Positions 36,855 to 46,600 of a stretch of DNA of 53,222 bases are shown here, piece by piece. Where the stretch lies: IMG/VR virus record IMGVR_UViG_3300014501_000024, positions 1-53,222 of that record; one strand, written 5' to 3'. The position numbers were made by a program, and so were the translations under genes. Each line of letters begins with the position of its first letter. Position 1 is the first letter of the stretch. The notes under the pieces are model-generated. The model had not been told where the DNA came from. It was given only the letters and a program-made list of their open reading frames with translations, and searched no databases. This stretch comes from a virus. Taxonomy: Duplodnaviria > Caudoviricetes.

Positions 36855-37860
36855 ATCTTCGGCACCGAGCACACCGGATTATTCACCGATCGCTTCGGCT
36901 GACGCTGCGGCGGCGACGCAGGACGCCAATACCGAAGCCAGCAGCCTGGCATTCGCCAAGCAGCAATACGCCGCCGAGGAACCGACCACGCAGGCGTATG
37001 TGCAGTCGATGACGGCGAACTCGAACGCGCAGACCGCTGACGCGACGGCTGACCAGAACCGGTATACGTCGGTCTACGAGCCGATGCAGAACACGTTCAA
37101 TGCCGAAGCCTCGAACTACAACTCGCCCGCGATGGCATCACAGGCATCCGGCGCCGCCGAGGCGGACGTGGGTTCGCAGTTCAACCAGCAGCGCGCCAGC
37201 TCGTTGTCGAGCCTGGAGAGCTACGGCATCGACCCGAGCCAGACCCGCTACGGGGCGCTGGATCTGGGCACCCGCGTGAGCCAGGCGGCAGCGACCGCGG
37301 CGGCAGGCACCCAGTCACGACTCAATACCCAGCAAACCGGCATGAACTTGCAATCCCAGGCCATCGCGCAGGGCGCCAACCTGCCGGGTCAGGCGCAAGC
37401 TGCCTATAGCGGGGCCTCCAGTTCGGGCGGTGCCGGTGTCCAATCTGGCCTGAACACGTCCAACACCTACGGCAATCTCATGGGCACGGCGTCGCAGTGG
37501 GCTGGCAACCAGAGCAGTGCGCTGGGCGGCCAGACTTCGGCGTTGGGTGCTGGGTTCAACAACGCGGCCACGGCGGCCACCATCAACAACCAGAACACCT
37601 CCAATGAAATGTCGGGCGTCGGCAGTCTCATCGGCGGTGTCGGCATGCTGGCGCTTTCCGATCGCCGGTTGAAGCAAGATATCCACAAGGTGGGCGCGCT
37701 CAAATCGGGCGTGCCGCTCTACACGTTTCGCTACAAGGGTGACAATACCGGCGCGCTGCGCATGGGCGTCATGGCGCAGGAGCTGCGTAAATCCCAGCCC
37801 GGCGCGGTAGTGCAAATGCCCTCGGGCTATCTCGCGGTTGACTACGGGATGGTCAAATAA
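36847..37860 (+). CDS. internal virion (ejection) protein with C-terminal peptidase S74-like domain
   Basis: Ala/Gln/Ser-rich body; SDRRLKQDI...LYTFRY...GVMAQEL...VDY. Confidence 0.75.
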   Translation: MGKSSAPSTPDYSPIASADAAAATQDANTEASSLAFAKQQYAAEEPTTQAYVQSMTANSNAQTADATADQNRYTSVYEPMQNTFNAEASNYNSPAMASQASGAAEADVGSQFNQQRASSLSSLESYGIDPSQTRYGALDLGTRVSQAAATAAAGTQSRLNTQQTGMNLQSQAIAQGANLPGQAQAAYSGASSSGGAGVQSGLNTSNTYGNLMGTASQWAGNQSSALGGQTSALGAGFNNAATAATINNQNTSNEMSGVGSLIGGVGMLALSDRRLKQDIHKVGALKSGVPLYTFRYKGDNTGALRMGVMAQELRKSQPGAVVQMPSGYLAVDYGMVK

Positions 37861-37861
37861 A

Positions 37862-40642
37862 ATGAGCTTCATGCTCGGCAGCCTTATGGGCGGCCTGTTC
37901 GGCGGCGCACAGAGTGTTCAGGCGCTGTGGAAGGGCAACAACGACATCCAGGCGCTCCAGCGCCAGAACACGACACGCCAGGCGATCACCGCTGCTACCG
38001 ACCAGTCGGCCGGCACAGACCAGGCAGCAGCCGCGCCGACACCAATAACCGACGGCGGGGCAGCTGACCCGAGCAGCTCCAGCTCGTCGAGTGATAGCTC
38101 AAGCCCGGCGATCGGGCCGGTGTTTGACCCGAGCAAGCTCGGCGCTGGCGCGAAAACCGCCGCACCCCCAGCTGCTACCCCGGCCGCCGCTTCGGCGCCG
38201 GCGGTCCCACCGCCCGTGAAATCCGCGTTGGGCGCGGGCGTGATGACGCCGCTACAACTCCAACAGCAGCAGGCAAGCGGCGCGTCGCCTCCAGGAGCTG
38301 CGCCGCCGTCAGGCGACACCACCACGCCGCCGTCCCAGATGTATGGCGGGCCATCAGCCACCACACCGGCGCCGATGACCGGGCAACAAATGTATGGCGG
38401 TCCGGGTCCAGGCTCGCCAGCGCCCGCGTCAGCCCAGCAAATGTATGGCGGTGTGCCGGGAGCGCCCACCGGCGGGCCGCCTACGCCAGCATCGCCACAG
38501 GCTGTCGCACCCTCGCCTGCGCCCCCAACCTCACCGCCGCGTGCGGCGCAGCCTGTGATGACTGGGCAGCAAATGTACGGCGGTGCGCCCGTGCCGGCTG
38601 CCGCTAACTCAGTTGCTAACCCGGTTGCCCCCGCCCCTGCCCCCGCTCCCACATCGGCATCCGCACCTGCACCCGCTAACCCGGTTGCTAACCCGGTTGC
38701 ACCGCCGCCTGCGCCACCTGCCGCGGCACCTGCAAGCCTTGGCTCGCGCATCGCCAACGCGCTCAACCCGGTCAGTTCGGCGCAAGCCGCTGAGATGCCG
38801 CCCCGCACAGCCGTACCCGTCGCGCCCGCGCCCGCGCCAGGACTAGCACCCAATACTACGGCAGTAAAAACCCAGGGCATCGCGCCAACCACGGCTCAGG
38901 GCTCCGCCCAAGCTGCCGTCCAGCCGACACAGGTCGCGGCACAGCAGAAGTCTCAAACCCCTGCGCCCCAGGCGGGTCCGGCAGCCGTGAACATTCCCGC
39001 GTCGGCGGCGCCGGTAGCACCGGGCCAGACCACGCCGACCACGCAGTCCGAAGCCACACCCAAGATCATCAAGCCCACCGTGGACCCGCAATATTACAAC
39101 GCGCTGAACCCCTCCTACAAAGCCGTGATTGACAAGATCGCCGCCCAAGAGAGCGTCACGCCGCAGCGGTTGGCCGCGACCTGGTTTGCCGAGAGCAGCA
39201 TGAGCCTAACCGCGAAAGACGGCGCGGCCGGCGAGAAAGGCATCATGCAAATGCTGCCCGGCACGCACGACCAAGCCGACCCCGGCCACACGCTCGATCC
39301 CAACCGCTGGCAGGACAGTCTCACGGCAGCCGCTCGGCGCATCAACCAGCTCGATCGCGACTTGGGTCAGGACAGTGTAGCGTCCGTCGTCGGCTGGCAA
39401 TCCGGTCCCGGCAACATCGCCGCCGTCGCGGCTAATCCCGGCGCGCACCCCGTCGCGACCGCGTATGTGAACAAGATCTTCGGGCAGAACGTGCAGGTGA
39501 ACCAGACCAACCTACCCACCAGCAACGGACCCCGGCCCACCATGCAGGGCGTGGTCGCGGCGAACAGCAATGGCGGCCCCGATGGCGTGGTGAAATACGT
39601 GGCGCAGACCGCTGGCGGGCTCCAGATGACCGACGCCTGGCGTCGCGTCGAGACCATGATGACCGCCGAGGCTGCCTCCAAGGGTGACTGGGCCGGCGTG
39701 TCGCATGCACGCGACTTTGTCCTACAAGCCTCACAAAAGGGCATGCTGCAAAATACCATGCTGGCGGATCAGCAGTTGCGCGCGGGCAACGGGGCAGGGG
39801 CCATCGCCTACCTCGCCAAAGCCCATACGTTTGTCCCCGACGGACAGATGGGCCAGTTCGGGTTGGACGCCAAAGGCAATGTTTGGGCGCACATGGTCGA
39901 TGAGAGCGATCCCTCGCGCGTGGTCGGCAAACCGTTTCAGGTGACCTCGCAAAGCCTCCAGACGATCATGAACCAGAGTGCCGACCCGAAGGAATACGTG
40001 GCGGCTGTGAACGCACAGCAGAAAGCTGTAGCCGAAAACGCGCTCTCGGCGGCCCACACCAACTACTACAACGAAATGGGTCCTGCGAGAGTTGAAGCCG
40101 CAAAGACGGCAGAGAGATGGCATGATCAGGCGACGGCGCTATCGGCGCAATACCACGATGAAGAAGTCGCGCGGCAAACTGCACACGATAAGGCGCAAGA
40201 CACCACTGCGAACGCCAAGATCGACGCGGGTTTCTATAAGGATCCGGCGAACAAGCGCGATCTTAACAAAGAGGTAGATGGAACCTACGGAGATCAGGGT
40301 TCCTACGCGACAGGGGACACTCCCGCGCCGTTGAAACAACGCGCGCAGATGGCGCAGGTGCATATTGAGTTGCGCTCAAACGATCCGGGCACTTCCGCCG
40401 TTCACGCGCAGTACATCTCGGAAGGGCTGGCCAAGGGCAATCTCGGCGTCATACGCCAGACCGATGGCAGCTACGCCGTGCGCGATCCAAAAGACCCTAA
40501 AACCACGCTGGGTCGTCTCTCCAATGCGACCGGCGCGCAGTTTGACAAGAGCCCGGTCTCGAAGTCACCGATTGGAAGCGTGCCCATTCCGACGCAGGGC
40601 ATTCCACAAGCGAACGCGCCGACCACCACTGCGGTGAATTAA
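37862..40642 (+). CDS. internal virion protein with lytic transglycosylase (SLT) domain
   Basis: Pro/Ala-rich N-half with QMYGG x4; AESS...GEKGIMQMLPGT motif. Confidence 0.75.
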   Translation: MSFMLGSLMGGLFGGAQSVQALWKGNNDIQALQRQNTTRQAITAATDQSAGTDQAAAAPTPITDGGAADPSSSSSSSDSSSPAIGPVFDPSKLGAGAKTAAPPAATPAAASAPAVPPPVKSALGAGVMTPLQLQQQQASGASPPGAAPPSGDTTTPPSQMYGGPSATTPAPMTGQQMYGGPGPGSPAPASAQQMYGGVPGAPTGGPPTPASPQAVAPSPAPPTSPPRAAQPVMTGQQMYGGAPVPAAANSVANPVAPAPAPAPTSASAPAPANPVANPVAPPPAPPAAAPASLGSRIANALNPVSSAQAAEMPPRTAVPVAPAPAPGLAPNTTAVKTQGIAPTTAQGSAQAAVQPTQVAAQQKSQTPAPQAGPAAVNIPASAAPVAPGQTTPTTQSEATPKIIKPTVDPQYYNALNPSYKAVIDKIAAQESVTPQRLAATWFAESSMSLTAKDGAAGEKGIMQMLPGTHDQADPGHTLDPNRWQDSLTAAARRINQLDRDLGQDSVASVVGWQSGPGNIAAVAANPGAHPVATAYVNKIFGQNVQVNQTNLPTSNGPRPTMQGVVAANSNGGPDGVVKYVAQTAGGLQMTDAWRRVETMMTAEAASKGDWAGVSHARDFVLQASQKGMLQNTMLADQQLRAGNGAGAIAYLAKAHTFVPDGQMGQFGLDAKGNVWAHMVDESDPSRVVGKPFQVTSQSLQTIMNQSADPKEYVAAVNAQQKAVAENALSAAHTNYYNEMGPARVEAAKTAERWHDQATALSAQYHDEEVARQTAHDKAQDTTANAKIDAGFYKDPANKRDLNKEVDGTYGDQGSYATGDTPAPLKQRAQMAQVHIELRSNDPGTSAVHAQYISEGLAKGNLGVIRQTDGSYAVRDPKDPKTTLGRLSNATGAQFDKSPVSKSPIGSVPIPTQGIPQANAPTTTAVN

Positions 40643-43600
40643 ATGTCGGACAGCGCCGCGGCGGACGACTACCAGGACTACATCGAGCAGAGTCAGCAAG
40701 CGGCATCAGCGCCAGTTGCGCCCGCTTTGCCGACACCCACGCAGGGCATCCCCAGCTCGCGCTGGACGCCACCCACGCCAGGCGATACCAGCCGCTGGCA
40801 ACCTCCGGGCCAAGCCGCTGCGCCGCCACCGCAGGATGCGCCGGATGCCCAGCTATCCACCATCGGGCCAGCAGAAAAACCCGCCGGCTCCAACCAGGGC
40901 ACCCTTAAGGATTTCGGCGATCAGGTCTGGACCGGCGTGCTTGGGCTTGGTCAGGACGCCGTGGGCGCCGCGCGCTTCGCCAACCAGCAGCTCGGAGCCG
41001 ACCCCACGATTGCCGCGCACCTCGACGCCGCCAATACGGCGGTCACCGACCACATCGCGGCCACCATTGGCGGCATGTCGGCGACGGCCCAGCAGGCGAT
41101 GCACGCCAGCATTTTCAATGATGGGTCCGATCCCAACGCGCCGACCTGGGGGCAAGCTGGGTATGTGCGAACCGCCGCCGCGACGATCGCGGGCTTGGTG
41201 CCGCAGATTGCGCTGGCGCTGATACCCGGCACCGTCATCGGCAAGGTCGCGGTTAAACTCGCCACGCTCGCCGGGGCCGGTGCCGATGTCGCCGGTGTGG
41301 CGGCGACCGCTGCAACCGCCACAAGCGCTGCGACCGACGCCGTGCCGGCCGTAACTGGCCTCGCCAGCAAGATCGGCACGGCCGCGAGCGCCGCCACCAC
41401 AGCCGGCTCGTTCGGCACCACCGATGCGGGGCAGGCGTGGAACCAGATCGTTGATGGGGTCGACAAGGCAACCCCCGAACAGATGGCGCAGAGCCCGGTG
41501 TACCAACACCTCCGCGATACGGGCTTGTCGGATATCGACGCCAGGAAGCAATTGCTCAGCACGCCCGGCTTGGCCGCGAACGTCGCGATGCACTTCGCGG
41601 CCGGCGCCGTCGCCGGGTCCGGCGTTGGTGGTCTGCTCAAAGAGGGTGCGCTCGGGGCGGCTGGACGCGGCGTGCTCGCGCGAACTGCGATCGGCGCGGG
41701 CGAAGGCGGCGTCGTGATGGGCGGCCAAGCGGGCGCGGACACGGCGCTCGGCCAGCAGGCGGGCACGATCACTGGGACCGGGCCAGGATACGACGCCTCC
41801 GAAACCGCCAAGGCCGTCGCCGGCGGGTTCCTTGGCGGGGCACTCATGGGCGGCGTCGCTGGCGTTATTCACGGACGTCCTGACACGGCGACCAAACTGA
41901 CGGGTCCCAACGCGGCCGGCATGAACTCCGATGTCGCGGCGGCATTGAATGAACAGCTTCCCCAGCCGACCAAGCAGGGCGAACTGGACCTGTCCCAAGT
42001 ATCGCCGGGAGCGCCAGCGGGTCAGGCGCAGGGCGATATGTTCCGCACCACTCAGCAGGCCAACCCTGGCTCTGGACCGGGCAAGCCGATGGACGCGGTG
42101 CCGGGGGCCAGACCGCAGAACCAACGAGCAGGCGATGCGCCGACGCCACCCGGCCGACTGCCGATGACCGACACTGCATCGGGTCCCGCGCCATCGCCTC
42201 CCCCGCCCCCCTCGATCGACTACGCGGCAACCCAGACCCAAGCTCGCGCGGCCGGCATGGCGCCGGGCGCCACCCAGGCCCCCAGCGATTTGCGGCCAGC
42301 AGCTCCCATCGCGGATCCGCGCACCGGTGCCACGCCAGGTTCGCAGGGTGAGCTGTTCCGCGAACGCAGTGCTGGCGACAGCCCGAGCAGTTTGCCTCTC
42401 ACCGACGGCAGACCATCGCAGCCACCGCCTGCAGCAGGGTCGCCGCCCGAACCACCACCCACGCCGCCGCCGATACCACCCGCGCCCGCCTCAACTATGC
42501 CCACCGGTGTCAAAGCTCTGCGCACCGCGCTGATCGGGCTCGGCGAAAAAGCGCCCGATGTGAACCGGCTCAAGGCGGACGATCTGCAACGACGCTGGCA
42601 GTCGCTACAACCGGCGGTAGGCGATGCTGGACAGAAGACCCCAGATTTAGTATCACCTCCAAGCGCCCGCAGCGCCGTTGCAGACACCGAACCGGGGGGT
42701 CGGACCTCCTCCACGGATCCGGTCGATACAGCGACCCCGGCGAACCAGGCGGTCTCGGCCCCGGCTGGCTCGTCGGGGTTACCCGAACCCAAAACCGCAC
42801 CCAAAAAAACTACGGTCGTAAAAGCTGATGTTCGGTCCAACCCGGATGTTAGCTCGGTCGAACCCACGCCCGAGGTTAAGTCCAACCCGGTTGTAAACCC
42901 GGTAGAACCCACGCCCGAGGTCAAGCCGCTCACCAAGGGCGAACAGCTCCGCGCCGACGCCACCGCCAAGCGCGCCCAGCAAAAAGCCAGGCTGGCCGAG
43001 CAAAGCCCGAAACCCCTTGCATCTGGCAAAGCCTATGTCGATACCGGCGAAGCGGTCACTCCCAAGGCCAGCGTTGAAACCAAGCCTGCCCCCGTCGAGG
43101 AAACTCGCACGCCGGTGCAGGTGATCTCGAAGATCCGCGACGCCGCGACCAAGGCCGCGCGCAGCCAGGGTCTATCCGAGGACATGGTAAAATCATGGAT
43201 GTCGGACGTGGCCAAGGTCATCCAGGGTACCCACTCAGAGATCGAGGCGCACGAGGCGCTGGCGAAGTGGGGTGAGGAAAAAACACCTGCCGCCGAGGGC
43301 TCGAAAATCCAACGGCCGCGAGTGGCGGACCAGATGATGCGCCTGCTGACCGGCAAGGGCTTAGACTCGCGCCGCGCATTGAACGACGAAATCAGGGGCG
43401 AGGCTGGCAAGGACCGATCCGTCTACGAAGACCAGGGCGTGGCACGCGGCGATATCACCGAGCATGACGCCCCCGCCAGCGACACCACGGCCGGTGGCGA
43501 GAAGACCCGCGCCATCGCGACCACCAACAAAGAGCGCATCCTCTCGGACCTCGAACAGAAAATCCGCGAAGGCTCGCTCGATGTTACTCAGGCCGAGGCG

Positions 43601-46600
43601 CGCTACGGCGAACAGCCCAAAGGTCCTGGGGCGCCGCGGAAATTCAAGAGTGTTGTGGAGTACCTGACCAAGCGCCTCGCTGCGCCGGCGGGAAGCGATC
43701 TGCACGAGGCCGACCCAGCGGTGCGCGACCACATCGCCACCGCACTCAGCGAGCACCAGAAGGAGACAGCTGACCCGGTGGGCTATGCGCTGGCTCGGGA
43801 AAACGCACGCACCGAAGCCGCCGAAGCCAAGGCCAGCCAAGCCGATCTTGCGCGCCAACAGGAGATCCGCTCGCGGGCGGTATCCAATGAAACCCTGGCG
43901 GCCGAACGCGAGGCCGAGCACGCGCCGGCGCCCTTGGACAATGCCGAGGCGGCCCGCAAGGCTCGCGTCGCGGCGATGCAGGCACGCATGGCGGCCGAGG
44001 GCAAACCCTTATACCGGCGCGTCGTCGATCGGCCCCGCGAGGACGCACTCACCCCGGCCAGCTCGCGTTACGCCCAGGCGGTCAATGAGCCGCGGATAAA
44101 CAACTTCCTGCGCGATCAGGTCTCGGCGCGTGAGGCGGCTGGCGGCACCTACGGATTGCACGAGGGTCTGGACGCGATCATCCAGCACGCCAGCGGACCC
44201 GATGCCGGACCAATGCGGGCCCTGGCGACCAACCTGCGCAAGTGGGCGCCCAACCTGCCGGTGCGGCACGCCGAGATGGGTGAGGGCGTCGAGGGTGCCT
44301 ACTACCGTAATACCGATGGCACGCCAGGACATATCGCGCTGAACCCGGACGGCAGCGACCATGTGCAAACGCTGTTGCACGAGGCGCTGCACACCGTCAC
44401 CGCCGACCACATCGACCATTTGCTAGACGCCGATCCGAACCACCCGGAACTCCAGGCGCTGCGCGCGATCGGCGACGAGCTGCGCGGACATGGTGGTGTG
44501 GGTGCCGACGCACCGACCAACCCCCATGAGCTGCACACCGAACTGCTCACCAACCCCGAACTGCAAAAATTCGCCGCGTCGCGTGTGGCCAGCCCTGATT
44601 TCCGCGCCAGGATGCGCGAGCTGGGGTTCCCGCCGCGCGAGCAGGGGCGCTCAGTCTGGCAATCGTTCAAAGACTGGATGCGCAACGCGGTGGGTCTGCC
44701 CAAGGTGGCGTCGGCCAGCGAGGACACGCTGCTCGACCACATCATGCGGCCCCTGCAAGATATCACTCAGCGCGCCATCGAGCACAACGCCCGCGAGGGG
44801 TTGCCCCAAGATCCCGTGCTTCGCGCGCAAGCCGAGCCCCTGTACCGCACGGTGTCTTCTACGATGGGTGACGCCGGCGACAAGATGCGCGCTGCTATCC
44901 CCAGTCGTGGCGCGATCATGGACAAATTGCGCCCCGCTTTGCTCGCGGCCAGCACGACCGACGCCATACACACCTGGAACAAAGCGCTGTTCGACAAGCT
45001 ACAAAACTTCACATTCTCCAATCCCTTGACCAGATATCGCGACGCCAACGAAGCGGTGCAGCACAGCACCAAGGCGTTTCACAACCAGTTCGGTGACAGG
45101 GCGGACGGTTTAGTCAAGCAATCCCAGGGGTTGTCCGCACCAGAACGGGCGACGCTGGGCCAACTGATGAACGAAGCCACGATCGGCAATGTGCGCTTGG
45201 GTGCCGGGCTTAAAGCCGACGCCAATGACCATCTGACCGCCAAACAACAAGCCAAGCTGCCCGGTCTGCAAGCGCGGTTCGACGCATTGAATGATAAACA
45301 GAAAACCCTCTATAGCGGGATGCGCGACTATTACCGCGAGACCGACAAGGTAGAGCGCGCGGCCGAACTCAAGGGCGTGCTCACACGCGCATTCCCCGAT
45401 GCCACCGAGGCGCAGCGCGAGGCGTTTGCCAAGGGCAGCTCCACCAACGACGGCTTCGCGAAGTTCCTGGCCGACCCGGACAATTCCGACATCGCGAAAT
45501 CCTATGGTGATGAATGGGGCGCACGGCGCTCCCTGGCGGTGAACCTGGCCAAAGCGCTGGACGTGGGTCGCGTCAAGGGGGACTACTTCCAGCTCGGCCG
45601 GTTCGGAAACTACGTCGTAAAATACGGTGAGAAGGACGCTGGCACCTACGGTGTCGAGATGTTCGAGCATCGCGGCGAGGCCGATGCACGCCGTGCTGAG
45701 TTGGCCAGCCAGGGCGTCGCCAATCTGGATCAGGTCGCGATCAAAGATCAGTCCGCGATGCGCGAGATGATGCGCGCGGACCCGTTGGCGAACGCAATCC
45801 ACGACGGCATGAAGGCCGACCCCAGCCTCAAGGCCCATGCCGACGAGGTGCAGGACATGATCAACAAGATCCTGCTCAGGGCACATACCCGCTCCGAGAC
45901 CGCGAGAGTCGCGCGCAAAGGCATCGCCGGTGCGAGTGTCGATTTTCCGCGCGTGATGGCCAGGGATTTTGTCAACACCGCCAGCCGCGTGGGCCACATG
46001 GAACATGGCGGTGAGCGCTATAAGGCGCTCTCCGATATGCGCTTGGTCGCTCGGGACCTGGAGCGCAACGGCGCCGCCGGCGAGGGGATCGCCGCGCGTC
46101 AGGTGGGTGACGAGCTGGAGAAGAAAGCCACCACCCAGGATGACGACGGCGGGATCCTCGCGGGGGCGGCGCGCACCGCGAATAGCTTTGGCTATGTCCA
46201 GTCGCTGATGTCGTTCTCGCATATGCTGACCAGCTCGATCGAGGCACACATGAACAGCACGAGCCTGCTGGGCGGGCGGCACGGGCTCGGCAACACCAGC
46301 CTCGCACTCGGCAAGGCGATGCGCGAGATCGCACCCACCATGATCAAGACGGGTGCCGTGAACACCATGAAGGCATTCGCCAAGGGGCTCAAGGCGGCCG
46401 ACTGGGATCTGGCGAACCACGCCCGTGATAGATTGATCCAGGCGAACCCCACCCAGGCGGCCGGTATAACCAAGTTGTTTACCGCGTTGGACCGGGCTGG
46501 TTTGGGGAACCACACCCAGGCGGCTGAGATGCGGCGCATCGCCAACCCAAGCGGGGTCGCCACGTCGCGGCTTGCCCAAGGGTTCCAGCGGTTTAGCAAC

